Source: Schizochytrium sp. TIO01 (Eukaryota > Protista > Bigyra: Labyrinthulomycetes). From it: a stretch of DNA of 64,000 bases. This document shows, one piece after another, positions 22,973-36,184 of the stretch. A program made the position numbers and the translations under genes. Numbering within the stretch: the stretch's first letter is position 1; every line of letters begins with the position of its first letter. The stretch is from NCBI GenBank assembly GCA_004764695.1, contig SMSO01000037.1:3696747-3760746 (forward strand), read 5' to 3'. Under the pieces are notes generated by a model, which was not told the origin of the DNA, searched no databases, and saw nothing but the letters and a program-made list of their open reading frames with translations.

Positions 22973-25900
22973 TTAGGAACCTTGAGTACCATGGCTTCCC
23001 GTAGAACTCTGGGACTCTGCTCCTGCAGAACTCTGTCGGCGATGCCTAAAGAATTGTAAACGCGATCCGTGTTTCCGAAATGGGTAGTATCGACCAGTCG
23101 TATAAGTTGGTGGCTCACTAGTGGTGTCATCGTCGGCCTCGTTGCTACCACTAGCAGCGCTCGAAGATGGACCATGTTCGTATGAAAATACTGGGGCCTC
23201 CTGAGTCATTTCATACACTGCCTCCGCATTAATCGCAACACCAGCCGGGTCACTCTCCATGCTTTCGAACATCTTCTTGCCTACAGTTTTGGCATTCGTA
23301 GCCCATTCGCCATCATCAGCGAGCGCCTTATCAATGAGATGCACGCACTGGGTTTTGAATTTGGTAATGTGAACAGGGAAGGGACCAAGACCGAGGTCAT
23401 GGCATCTCGAGCCCCAGAAGCGCTGGTCAAATCTGTGATATTCGCGAGCAAAATGAACAAATTTAGATGATCCAGTTTTTATTTTGGTTTTGAATGTGGT
23501 TTTGATAGATGCGTCTCTTGCGTTAGTCATCTTTTGCTGCTCTTAAACAATTTATTAAAAAAAAAAACATCATCAACAATCTCAATCGATTTCCTGCAAA
23601 AAAATTGAAATAAAAATATGCACCACATGGTGGCGGCGCTCACACCCAAGTTCAAACTTACAAAAGGACGCCAGTGATAATTACAGGCACGCAAGCCATG
23701 ATCGCTTCACCCGTGGTGCCTAGACCACCATGGGAGACAATTGCATCCATGAGGGGAAAAAGGCGACCGAACGGAGCTCCCTTGTCCACCAGCAAACGAC
23801 CTTGGGTGGTGTATGCCGCAGCTGTACCTTCGACATCACCATCATTGCCAGGATCGCCAACATGATCTCCGATCAATGCAAAGATGCAAACCTCTTTCTC
23901 ACATTGAGAAATAATCTTATTTGCAATCCGCAAGATATCCAAACGTTCTACAGGCATGGAAGAAAACGCCAACACAATTAACTTGCGCCCCTTGCTTCGC
24001 GCCTGCTCAATAAAGTCCACATGTTTCGAATCAAGAGGCGGGACGGTCCTTCCCCGCAAGAAAATGTAATTAGTCAAAACAGATTTGGGACCCCAGTCGT
24101 GTGGACGGCCACCGAAGGCAATAGAATTAATGGGTACAACTAAAGGCACTTCCTGAAGTTGCAAGTCAGTCCAGGTACTGCTCTGCATCGACTGCAAGAT
24201 ACTCACACGACCTGTGAAACGGCGAACAGGACGTAATCCACGCCTTGCACGCATACTATTCAGATGACCGGTAATGGGGTTGTTCTCAAGCATGACTTTC
24301 ATGTGACTAAACTTGGCATGCTTACGATCCTTGCGATCTGTCTTTTCAGTAAGTTTCTGGTATGAACTCTCATCCAGCGGAACCAATGGTGGATACTGAG
24401 ACGAGGGCAAGCACGTGGGTTGAAGAATAAAACCGATGATGGGAATCTGGAGCGATTCACTATAAGTTTTGTGTAAACAAAAATGAGAACAGATAGAGGA
24501 GAAAAGAAGAGTTGGTTGCCACCGCCAAAATGAAGACCCGCCTCAATATAAATTCGCATGTTAGTTTTCTCTTGTTGTAATTATGACTTTATTCATTCAT
24601 CACTCCAACCAATTCTTTATCCTTTATTTCGCCCCAGCCCTTAGCATTGATCTCTACAAGATCTGGTTGCCCCACAGTCCCAAAGAGTCACACTCCTTTT
24701 AAAATGTAAATTATAACGTACCTAATGATCATCGCAATTGAGGCGAGAGTAAATCCAAACATAAGATAATCCGGTTTCATGACCTTCGCCCAATAGTACA
24801 AGGGTGGCTCTGAGTCAAAGAATTCTCGTTCTGAAAAGGCAAGCATGATCTCTTGCATCGGACCATACTGCTGGTTGATGGCCCACTTTGAAATGCGTGA
24901 GTCGACACGTTTTTGAGTATCACCACCTGCAATGCGAAAGCGAATGCATCCTCGTTTCAATCCCTTGGCATTCTGTTTAATGTAATCTTTGTAGCGGAAC
25001 TCTGAGCAAATAGTAATCATCCAATTGTACCTATTCGCAAGCTCGCGGGCAAGAGCCAAGAACGGTTGCACATCACCGCGAGTACCACGAGTGATAACCA
25101 TGAGATGTTTGGGGTAGCCACGTTTAGAATATGGCTCATTGACTGGCATGGGCCAACTCTTAGGAATAGCTGACTTGTCCACGCCAATTTTAAGGAGTGT
25201 GACATTGTTCTCAGTGGAGTCTGTCACAACGTTTGCTGAAGAGTTGCTCAGCACGAGGTTACGAGCCGGGCGGCGAACAAGTTCACCAACAGTGATTTCT
25301 GTGCGGCCGACCTCCTCGTTACCAATGAGGCGATGGCGCACAAACAGGCGGATGTCCAACAAGGAGTCATACGTAATATCCTCAAGCACGAGCAGCTCAC
25401 CCCACGTGATGCCACTGTTTGGCTTGCGCACAACTGCGTTAGTCATCGCATAGCGAGTGGAGTTCTCCAGAAAGATTTTCACTACATAGTGTGTCTCTCG
25501 CAGACCCCGAGAGGAATCTGGCGGGTTCGAGAGACCCATCACGATGATCGGCAAGTTAATCCTTTCCGAGGCATCGATACCATCATTGGACTCGAGTGCA
25601 ACCACCGGCTCGGGCGCCATCCTTGCATTTTCCCATGCCTTGGCGTCTTCCCGGGATGACATCCAACGTTGCGGTGTCGTAGGCCTGTCGTTACCGCCTG
25701 CGGACCTCTCTCCGTTAGCGATTTGGATGGCCTGTGCAATTTCACCCTGGCGAGCAATATTAGCCATGGCTGCTGCCGAGTCAAGCATATCAATTTGGTC
25801 CGTAGACATAGCTCGCCGGCGACCCACAGACTCAGGTGTGCCCAGCTTTTGGTGCTGCTGACGTTCCAAGTGCAGCTGGTCCTTGCGACGCAAATACTCT

Positions 25901-26829
25901 GCTGTGAGTGCCCCTCTCTGAGCTTCCTCAAACTGCTCGCGGTAGACCTTTTTAGCCTTGCGTGCTTTGCGGTTTCGGAGAATGCGAATGTTATCCTTGA
26001 GGTTCCGGTTGGAGTGTGTTAGTTTTGCGTCGCGTAGCTTTTCAAGCCACCGCATTTCACATTGCGATTCGTTCTTAGTAACGACGTTGTGTGCGACGAA
26101 GCCCCAATCCTCGCCGTACTTAGAGACACCCTCGACCAAGGCTTGGTCCTCTTGCAAGGTCCAGAATGTACTCACAACGTTGTGCGCTTGGCCTGCAGGC
26201 TCCTGCTCTGCCGCCACTATCAAATCGTTGGGTACCGTGGCGCTGCGGGCGTGGTGACTCGGCCTGTTGGTGTGCGCGTGCACAGTGTTTTTATCTTCTT
26301 CCGAGCTTAATGAATTGTTTTCAAGGTGCTTATAGGCCTGATTAAAGGGGGAGCACGAGTTGTGCATTTGTGAAGCATTATCCTTGACCTTTTTCTCTGT
26401 CTGCATCGTCGGCGAGCGGCTAGTTTCTGTGTGCAGACCACTCACGAAGAGGTCGAGGCCTCGCTGTGCTGATTTTCTGCGTTGTTGGCTGGTCATATCT
26501 GCAGAATATGATATCGGAAGCGGTTTATCTGTCTCGTGGCACTCCTTGTGATGGTCTGCAAACCTATAAAGGTGTGTAGTGTCGAACGGTAGATTACACA
26601 AAGCTTGTGCGTCAGATTCAACATGCCGAAGCCAGCCACGACGAAGCATCAAGGTGCATACTATGTCAGCTTCTGCAGAGCCGCTCACAAGCTCATGCTC
26701 CATGAGCTTTTGGTGCACTTCTTCGCCCGTAAAGCTGTCCAGGTATAAATTGAGCCCTAACCTATAATTCTGCGGCTCTACTAGTCGCAGAATCTTATGA
26801 TGAATATTATCAAGCCTTGCAGCGTCCAT
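22973..26829 (-). CDS. DEP-Myb/SANT-C2-GT1 (sterol glucosyltransferase-like) multidomain protein; exons 26829-24722, 24459-23662, 23432-22973 (~1121 aa)
   Basis: Introns 24721-24460 (GTACGT..TATAG) and 23661-23433 (GTAAGT..CACAG) join the three ORFs in frame and restore AMIISESLQIPIIGFILQP and ITGVLLFDQRFWG. GT motifs are GTRGDVQPFLALA and HGGLGTTGEA..VP..DQ..W. Confidence 0.85.
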
Positions 26830-26991
26830 AGTGCCGACCCTCTTAGTGAGCTGAAGCTACAGTGCTGAAGTTTGTCGTTCAAGCTGCTTCGCCTCTGCTG
26901 CGATGGCGCGAATCACGTCGAATCACAACAAATTTATCCCACGCGGCAACAACTCACCCTTCTGCTACCCGCGAGAAGAAAAAAATTAAGA

Positions 26992-27005
26992 TAGAAAGAA
27001 AGAAA

Positions 27006-27066
<61 letters not shown>

Positions 27067-27068
27067 AA
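26992..27068. repeat. (AAAG)n microsatellite
   Basis: Directly visible. Confidence 0.95.
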
Positions 27069-27624
27069 AAGTACAGGAACTCCTCTTAGAGCAGCGAAGT
27101 TGCCCACGCTCGCGTGTGCACACAAAATCTCGCCTCGGTTATTGGTAGCGCACGCTACGCAACAATTGCTAGCTGTAATCAACGGAAGAAGCGCTCTCTG
27201 AAAGCACCGTCGATCAGAACAACAAACTTCCCCAGCTGCACCCTCCCTCTACAACTTCAACTTGAAACCTTCTGCGGCGTGGAGAAGTCCTGTCCAAATC
27301 AATTGCCGTAGAAGTTGCTCGCAAGAAGTAAGCGTGTGCCACCCCCCTCTTTTTATGTGCCCTCTTTTTCGTAATTGATCAGAAGGAAGAATATACGGGA
27401 GCTATTACTTGCTTGAACACCTTTTTTAGTAGAACTCTTTCTTCGTTTCTTGCTTCCAAAGCTCTGCTTTCCCGAATTTCTTTGATGGATTTTGCTCAGC
27501 CAGCTCAGCAGTCTGTCTTGTTTGCTTTCAAGTCTCCTCCCAGAAACCGATAACTGCCCAAAAGCTATAGTTCACCAGCGAAGGGTCAGCGTAACTCACC
27601 CTGAGCACGAAGTTCAATGCTTCA

Positions 27625-27715
27625 AGCAATCAATCAATCAGTCAGGCAAATAATCAATCAATCAATCAATCAATCAATCAACCAACCAGCTAACTAACTA
27701 ACTAACCAATCAACC
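27625..27715. repeat. (AATC)n/(AACT)n microsatellite
   Basis: Directly visible. Confidence 0.85.
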
Positions 27716-30224
27716 TATCGATTGGTCAAGCGCGCGCCAGATAGGAACCTAGCTCTTCCTCGAACGCCGGCTGCAGACCTGGAAACTCAGCAAATTAAAT
27801 TCGTTTCCGCGTGGCTCCTGTCCGCCCAGGCCTGAACAAGTCCCCAATGCTTTACCTGGCAATGCTTTTCCACGTCCGCGCCAGTCAGACTTCTTCTTCT
27901 CTGCCCAGACAAGGAAATGATTGATTGATCAATCGATCGATTAATCTACTCCAGCGCCAAGATTACCAGAGGTAATGAAAACTCCCACCCTACCCTCTTT
28001 CTAAATGCCCAGCAGCAGGCTATGTGGGTTGCGCCTACACTGCCCCCCTCCCTATAGAACAGAATAGAAGTGTGCACTGGCCCTTTCCACGTTCTAGGTG
28101 TTCCTGTTACTCCTGTGAGCAGGAAGGCCAAGACAACAAATGGCTATGATGTTGAAGTGAACGGCAAGCAATCGATAAGTAATCAGTTAGTCAATCCCGT
28201 CAAAACTATCGCTTCAACACTAGCACCTCTTCCTCAAACCGTTTTAAAGTTTCTCTCTGGTAGGGTACATGCTAACCCTGAAAGTTCCCGTCGGCGACGT
28301 AGACCTCCAGCCAGTCGGAGTCTAGGTCCCCCTGTAGCGGGGTGTGCACCTTCTCCACGGAGAACCCAAAGCCCACGAAGACACCGCTGTGATACTTGAG
28401 CAAATCACGAGGTAGATTTGACACAACGCAGCAGGGCCTGTTGCGATACCGCTTCAAGGCCCTAGATCCCGTCTTTTATAGCACTGCACGTCCAGATAAA
28501 CCTTTATTCCGACAGATCGACCAATCTAGAGTTGACTCCAAAATCTATCTCTGTTACTGTCACCTATTCCTCCCTATCTATCTATCTCTCTGTCTATTGA
28601 TGTGCCCACCGCGGCGAGGGCGCAGCTTTGGCTCTATTGTTGCTTCCGTCTGCCTGCAGGATTATCCGTGGGCGGCGAATGCGGTCTGCTGCTGCTGCTG
28701 CTGCTCGCTGTAGAGGGTTGGGCTGTAGAGGGTCTCGAGCCTCGTAGACTTACCTTGCTGGCTCTGGCTTGCCTTGGGTGGGTTTGCTTGGCGCTCTGGA
28801 TGAAGAACTTCGACTTCCTCTGTTTGTTTGACTGATTGCTGACTTAGTTTTTCCTTTGTTCCCTATAGTTTTCAAGCTGTTTCAATTAGCCAATGAAACC
28901 GCGAGACCGGACGATCGCGACGCCGCAGCTTGCTCCGTCGACGCGTCCTGGTCTGGCCTGCTGGTCGAATGGGGACTGCTGAGGAGCTAGCTGTCTTCTT
29001 GCCTGGTCTTTTGGCCGCGGCTCTGTGGCAAGCGGCTGACACAGCAGAACTGCTCTAGCGAGACACCGTATGAAAGAAACGAGATGCAGAGCTGACTCTG
29101 TGGCCTGCTGGAGGAGATTGCCTTGAGAGAACAGGAAACCCAGCAAAGGACTTGCCAGCCACTCGCAGATGCGAAACCAGCTCCTCGCGGAGCGTGAGCC
29201 TCTATTCAAGACTTTGCTGTTGCTGCTAAAGGCAAGTGCAATCTTGGTGGATGGAGTGAATTGTATGATGAATGAATGACCATGAACTTTATTTATATTC
29301 CAATATCAAAAAAGAATGAACTCAAATGCAAAAAAAAATAAGATTGAATGAACTGAATGACCGAATGATGAACTTGCGCTGTCGAAAACTCTTGGGCGAA
29401 TGGACTTCACGGTAGGCTGTCCGTCGCACAGAAATACATAGGGCTGATTGCGAAACAACTAGTAGCCATTCCTTACGTGAATTCTGACTTCATTTGGGCA
29501 ACTTGAAGAGCAACCATCATGTTACAACTTGAGTTGAATACTTAGTACCTAGTACCGGATAGTCGGTAACCTGAGTTGGTTACTCCTCAGGGCAGATGTA
29601 ACTACTAGGTTCTACTGGTAGATTGATAGGGTTGCTCTGAAGCCAGGACTCGTTGGTTTAATGGAGCTTTACTTGTGTATGATATGGGTAAAACAAAACG
29701 CGAGAGGGCCGCCCTCAAACCATCGTGGTGCGTCCACAAAGGCACTGGAAGAAGCTAGCTAGAGAAAGGTCAGACAGAGCTTTGCTGGGCCGGGTCACGA
29801 AGTTCTCGACCTCTAGGATTGTACGGATTCCCTCTTGACTACGATTTAAGAGTCGCAAACCCTGCAAAACACCAAGAAGCTGCTGGTGATCTTGCTACTG
29901 TTGCTTCTTCTGGTGCACTTGCATTTTTCTATCTGCAGGGAGTGAGTTCGCTCAACTTCGTCGAAAACTAAATATAGGAAGGCGATCTGTCATTGAGATT
30001 CTCTCCTAATTTGAGCATCTTGTGGTTCTTGTGAGAAATAAGAGGACAGAAGATAATAGCCCAGCGCAGGTATTGAGGAATTGGAACAGAAAGCAAAAGC
30101 AAGGTTTTGCACAACCTTCACCTCAACACTGGCGCTAGATTTAGAACCACTAGTATCCTTGTTCGTTTCTGCACTATACTTCGGGATATTATAGTGAGGC
30201 TTTGCTTCCAGCACCTATCAACAA

Positions 30225-32164
30225 ATGAGTGACCACGAACGAGATGGTGGTGAAGCACGTAACGCTGCAAGATCGTCTTCAAAGTCCAGCAAGCCTGGAA
30301 CCCTTGATCATGAAGAATCTGACAGAAAAGGCTCCCAATTGTCTCTAAATACCAATGAGGATCAACACAAGAAGCGCATGAGATCGAGGAGCAATGACAG
30401 TGGGACCCTCCGTGATAAAGTGTCATCAAGATCTAAGCGTTCTCGAAGATTATCAAGATCAAGATCTCGCTCTCATTCTCCAGCATCTCGTCATCGCCAT
30501 CATCACCGTGACCGAGATAGAAGACACTCTCGATCAGATCACCGTAACTATAATGGCAAAGACTCCACAGAAATATCTGAGCGTAAACGATCAGCATCGC
30601 AGGAGTCCTATCGCCGCAGCAAGGACCGCAATCATCGCGAGTCTCGCAATAAAGATCGCAAAGAACGGCAATCTCGTAGTAAAAGGCATCGCAGCCATCA
30701 CAAGAGTCGGAGTGCATCAGCATCTTCCTCAGCATCGTCGTCTTCTTCTTCCTCTTCCTCCTCTCCTCTTCCTCTTCATCATCATCTTCGGCATCATCTT
30801 CGCGGTCATCTTTGTCAGACTCCAGGCGCCAGGTGGAAGGTCGTCGCGGCCACCACCATGATGAGACGCAAAGCTCGCGGCATCGTCAACATAGATCGAG
30901 CAGTCGTAGGGGTGCAAGTAGAAGAAGTCCATCCAGAAAAAGCCAAAAGCGCAGCTCTAGTCGGCGGGACAGATCGCGGCGAAGCTCGCACCGAAACCGC
31001 AGTCGGTCGCCTTCTCATAGACGATCATCGTCACGACGAAGAAGTCTTAGTCTTAGTTCTGTGAGCTCTCAAGAGTCCACACATGACAAAGAAACTCTGC
31101 GCAAGATCCTTGGCGACGATTTTGTGGGTTCTTCCATAGGCTCTGCGAAACCTATAATACCTGAGCAACCTAACGTCGAGGCTGCAGCATCTTCAAACTT
31201 AAATGGCAAGGCAGACAACGAAGGCCAGACTTCTATCTCAGAGTCTACTGCGCCGTCTAACACCAACACGAGTAAACATACCAAGCACAATCAAGATTTG
31301 ACATCAAATCCTGGTGAAGTAGCTAGAAGTGATAGTAAAACGGGTGAGGATTCAGAGCCAAAACTACCTACTGAAGCAAGTGCTGAGGCAGTGGCTGCAC
31401 TTCCTCCCGCTGCACGACCAGCTCGTACACTCACTATGGATGAACTTGCCAAAGAAGTGTACATTAGTGGGTTTCCCAAGGGAATTCAAGAATCTGCTTT
31501 GCAGGAGTTCTTGAATCTACTCTTGCGAGATCATCCGGACATCAAACCATTGGTGACGTCGGATGAAATCGTGACTGCCTGCAAGATCTTTGCAGAAGGC
31601 AATGCGTATGCATTTATTGATGTTTCCACCGCTGACGTTGCTACCAAACTTGTCAAACTTACTAACCAGATTTACTGCTTGGGGCAGCCTTTGCGTACAG
31701 GTCGCCCTAAACGCTACTATGAATGGGAAAAGTCTCGGAATAACCATACAAAAGATCATACTACGAAACCTGTTGTTTTGGAGCGAGTTCAGCGAGAGAT
31801 TGGATTGCATGTTGACCACAGAAATAGCAATACAGCATCTGTTAGCGAAAGCTTGGTTGCAACTTTGAAACGGAGCATCGAGGAGCAGGAACAGGCTAAC
31901 ACACCCTCTTCAAAGCTCTTGCTCGCTAATATGATTGTTGCAAGTACTTTGGACGATGCTGCTGAAATGAAATCAATCGAGGAGGACGTACGTGAGGAAC
32001 TTAGCTCCATGGGAAGTATTGTATCTCTTCAGATGCCTACTTCACGAGATGATCTCAGAATCCTTGTAGAAATGTCCTCTACTGAGGAGGCTGTCCGAAT
32101 TCGGGAAAAACTTCAAGGCCGCACCTTCGATCGGCGGAAAATTCACATCATATTCACCGCCTGA
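30225..32164 (+). CDS. U2AF65-like RS-domain/RRM/UHM splicing factor, with an apparent 1-nt frameshift at ~30764
   Basis: The RS-rich ORF from 30225 and the RS+RRM+UHM ORF ending at 32164 join through a poly-Ser tract if one base is restored at ~30762-30764. RRM1-like EVYISGFP..AYAFIDV..LRTGRPKRY; UHM-like LLLANMI..IEEDVREEL..LQGRTFDRR. Confidence 0.75.
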
Positions 32165-33195
32165 GGACTGTGTATGAAAAATGAGAGGTCAAGAAAGAAA
32201 ATTCGTCCCCTCCAAAATAGTACAGACTATAGAGGGCCACTTACACTGCTTCCTTCACAGAATTTACATTATTTTTTTTAAATTTTCAAACAAGAACATA
32301 CTTTACGCAGCTCTAATCATAGCACATTGGCTCATTTCTGCACAAAGTGTATATAAGGGTTTCTAGTAGGAGTTGGTGAATAAAGACAGGGAGAAAATCA
32401 ACAAAAACGGAAAAAAGGAAAATGAGAAAATGAAACAAAGGAAAACAAAAAGGGAACTGTGGTTGTCCGGAGGAAAGGCAACCATCTTACGTGTGATAGA
32501 TATTGACGCGGCTATTGTAAGCGTTGTGGTTGTATTTTGTGTTCGATTTTGTCTTGTAAAATGTTGGGAAAGATGATAGATATGGTCTGGTTGAATCTGG
32601 GGCAGGAGCAGGGCTTGAATGCAAAGTTTGTACTGGCAGTGCAGGTAGCAGGGGTGCAGTTAAATGCAGGGGCAAAAAAAGTAGTTTGCAGGTATGAAAG
32701 GAAACATGAGACAAAATGAGAGAGTGCATGACAAAGAAAGAAATTGTGCAGAGAGTGAAACATGAAGCGAACTGGTGGGGGAGGATATATTCAGACAGAA
32801 CGCATTCAGGAGTAGTTTGATGAAGAAGTGAGACCGGCAGTGAAGTGTGTCACAGGATGTTCTCCTGAAGAGGGCACAGTTGTTTTGTTTCGTTTTGTTT
32901 TCTAGCTGAGACGGATGGAGGACAAAGACATCAAGAGACAGAGAGAAAAACTGAAAAGAGGATGGTAAGGAGGACCAAAGAGCAATATTGCATGCAACGA
33001 TTTGGCAAAATCAAAATCGCCGCCAAACGAGATGTGTCATTGAGTGAAACAGCATCCTCCTATTTCTAGATACATATAGGAGCAAAACGAACTATTCACT
33101 CATTGCACCAAAAGATCTGGAATGACAGGGCAAGTAATGAGCCCAAAAGGACATAAGACACGCTACTGGGGTTGACTCGTGTGCGCTTGTCTAGA

Positions 33196-34200
33196 TTAGT
33201 ACAGATCAGCAACTCCATAAAAAGTGTGTTTGATCTGATTCACTTCACTGTCTACAACATGCGTACAAGGATAGTCCATCGGACTGTGATCCAAGGAAGT
33301 GCTCAAATACGAGTCATACATATTTGTGTGTTCGCGATGCCTTTGGATCTCCTGCGACTCAGCCTCTGCTTGTGCAATGTATTCTCTCGCTGCAGCAGCG
33401 CGCACAAGTAACTCTCGGCGCTCCTCAGCAGGGAGACGTCCCTCAAACTTGTAACGTTCCTGCGAAATGCGTGGCTGAAGTGGACTCCCCACACTGTCCG
33501 CGGACCTACGTCCTGTGAGACGCTCTGCTTCAAACGAATCTACATCGTGAATGAAACAGCGCTTCAGACGGGGGGAGATACCAATGGGTGGTCCACCGTC
33601 CATTGCCACAGAGGATTCGCCAATGGCAACATGCATTTCCCTGATCTCCACACTTGCAAAGCCGACCTTACGGCGTTTAGATGGTACAAGGCGCGCGGAG
33701 AACCGTTTGGAGTGAGCTGGGTCACCATGGATGCTGCCTAGAAAATTACGACGCGAGCTTTCGCCGGTGGAACCTTTCTTGAGGACACCGAGCGGAGCCT
33801 TTTTCATGATTGGGCCATGGGGTCTCGTGAAACTGTTCTTGACTTCATTCGAGGGAGTCGTAACGTCCCAAACCACCTCAACGCGGCCCTCGCTCATGTC
33901 GAGGCCTACAAGGCCGTCAGATGCCTCGCGAGCGAGCAGGCGGGCGCTCCGTTTGCGAGTCCTTATCTTTACCCCTCGACCTTCCGGGGTGCGGTGCACC
34001 TGAGACCTCGGCGAGCAAGATTTTGCCTTGGCAGAATTTGGCGGCGAGGTTTTTGGCAATGCCTTTGATTTTGATTTCGGAGGCGTTCTGCTCGTTCTTC
34101 GAGGAGAGCACGCGCTTCTCATCCCCTTTGGAGAACTTAGCACTGCAGGATTTGCCACCACGATGCCCGATGCTGCGAGGTGCCTCCTGGTGGACACCAT
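33196..34200 (-). CDS. Basic disordered protein with RVxF motif and CSRNP-N-like segment
   Basis: ATG at 34200 and many S/T-P sites. Motif RRKVGFASVEIREMHVAIGESSVAMDGGPPIGIS..DVDSFEAER..LPAEERRELL resembles the CSRNP N-terminal-type motif. Confidence 0.65.
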   Translation of the reverse strand: MVSTRRHLAASGIVVANPAVLSSPKGMRSACSPRRTSRTPPKSKSKALPKTSPPNSAKAKSCSPRSQVHRTPEGRGVKIRTRKRSARLLAREASDGLVGLDMSEGRVEVVWDVTTPSNEVKNSFTRPHGPIMKKAPLGVLKKGSTGESSRRNFLGSIHGDPAHSKRFSARLVPSKRRKVGFASVEIREMHVAIGESSVAMDGGPPIGISPRLKRCFIHDVDSFEAERLTGRRSADSVGSPLQPRISQERYKFEGRLPAEERRELLVRAAAAREYIAQAEAESQEIQRHREHTNMYDSYLSTSLDHSPMDYPCTHVVDSEVNQIKHTFYGVADLY

Positions 34201-35256
34201 TTCAACCACACAAGACAAGTAACGAGCCTGTCAACCACAGAAGAGCGAGTCCACCAGCCCGAAGCCAAACTCAGCCGAGACCTGTCAATCGGAAGAGAGG
34301 GACCTCGCGCGAGGCCTTCGACGTGCTATTTGTTTTTTCTTGGAGGCCTTTGAGGAATGGAAAAAGAAGAAGAAAGAAGCGAACGACTTTCTTTAATCCG
34401 CAGCTTTTTCAAACTTCAATCGACCAGGGATCAAGCCAATGCCCGATGAATCAGAGGACTGGTGTTCCGCCGCACGGACCGCCGCCACACTGGATCCGCA
34501 AGCTACTTGGTCCGAAAGGGGTGTGGTATGCAGGGGGCCTTCTGCCTGTGCTACGGGCTCCTGCCGAGCGAGAGGCCGCGCAGCGCTGCGAAGAGGCTTT
34601 GTCTCCTTTGAAGCAGCATGCGGTCTCTGTCTGTCAGTCTGTGTGTCTTTCTTTCTTTCTTTCTTTCTTTCTTTTATCAAAATCAAGTTGTTTTGTTTAA
34701 TAATAATAAAATCAAATATATAAGAAAGAATATTGGAACTAATTTTTTAAACAAAGAAAAAATCAGAAAGCCTCATGCTGTCTCTTCCTTCCTTCCTTTT
34801 CTTTCTTTCCTTCTTTCTTTTCAGTTTTCCTTTTGGCCATATAATGTCTATGTAGCATCACAGTAGAACTGCTTTTGCCCTTGCTAGGGCTTTATGCGCT
34901 CGAGTTCTGTGCCCTCGTGTTATTTACCTATTTCAATCTTCATTCCCTTCGCCAAATCCTCGTCTCCACTCGCTTCTTCCTCTTTGTTTTTCCCTCGAGT
35001 CTTCTAAGTTCTCGCTTCAGGTAGAGCAGTAAGTAGGTAGGTAGAGTCTTCTCCCTTCGCCTCCTGTCAATCAATCAAGAACTCAGTCAATCAATCAACT
35101 TGTATTGTAAACAACTACTACGTAAGTTAGTACCTGGCCAGCTATAGCCATGTCCTCCAAGTCTTTTCCTTCCGCATTTTATTTACTCTTCATGTTTAGG
35201 TACCTACTTGCTTGTTTATTTATTTATTTCATTTTATTTCATTTCATCTTTAAAAA

Positions 35257-35258
<2 letters not shown>

Positions 35259-35295
<37 letters not shown>

Positions 35296-35297
35296 TA
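35259..35297. repeat. (AAT)n microsatellite
   Basis: Directly visible. Confidence 0.9.
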
Positions 35298-35711
35298 AAA
35301 TAGCACTGGCAGGAAATAAAATAAAAATCCAAAGGTTCCCTATTCTACTACTTTTCTAATCTATAGGTGATAATATGACAATGACAAAAGGTAAATAAAC
35401 AAAACAAATAGTCAACAACACAACACAAAAATGTCGATCGCAAGGCCATCGTCAACTGATTATGCAAGGCGCCACAGACATCGCTTTGCTTTGTATTGCC
35501 CACACGGAGGGCCCGAGTCCGTGGAGGTCATCATCATCAGCATCAGCATCAGCATCAGCATCGCCACCGCCGTCACTGAGTAGTGCGTGGGATTGAGTGA
35601 GTCCAGAGCCAAAGAAGAAAGCAGGCAAGCAAAATACACAGGCGAGTCAAAGCGCGACGCCGAGGAACACCTAATGGGCGTGTAGGCAGACAGAATCAGT
35701 CCATCAGACAG

Positions 35712-35713
<2 letters not shown>

Positions 35714-35768
<55 letters not shown>

Positions 35769-35800
35769 GAATCAATCAATCAGTCAGAACCAATCAGAAT
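35714..35800. repeat. (AATC)n microsatellite
   Basis: Directly visible. Confidence 0.9.
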
Positions 35801-36149
35801 CAACGAATCAAATGCGGCGCACTCCGTCGATTCTCGAGACCTAGCTAGATTGACCAAGCGAGAGCACTTGACTTGATCTGACTCGCGCAAACCAAACCTG
35901 AGGGCGCCAGCGACCAGCGCGACGTTGGCTCAAAGGACTGACCCCACAAGTCACAAACGGAAAGAAAGTCTGGGCGCAAGTTGGACGAAATCATCGACTT
36001 CGAAATCGACTTCGAAATCGACGTCAAAGCTTGTTTCAATTTACAATCATTGAGTGAGAGCTGATTTATAGACAGCTAACTGGCTAATAAGCAAAAGGAA
36101 GGAAGCAAGGAAGCAACGAAGGAAGGAAGGAAAAGGGAATCGATGAATC

Positions 36150-36184
36150 AGTGAGTGAGTGAGTGAGTGAGTGAGTGAGTGAGT
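36150..36184. repeat. (GAGT)n microsatellite
   Basis: Directly visible. Confidence 0.9.
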
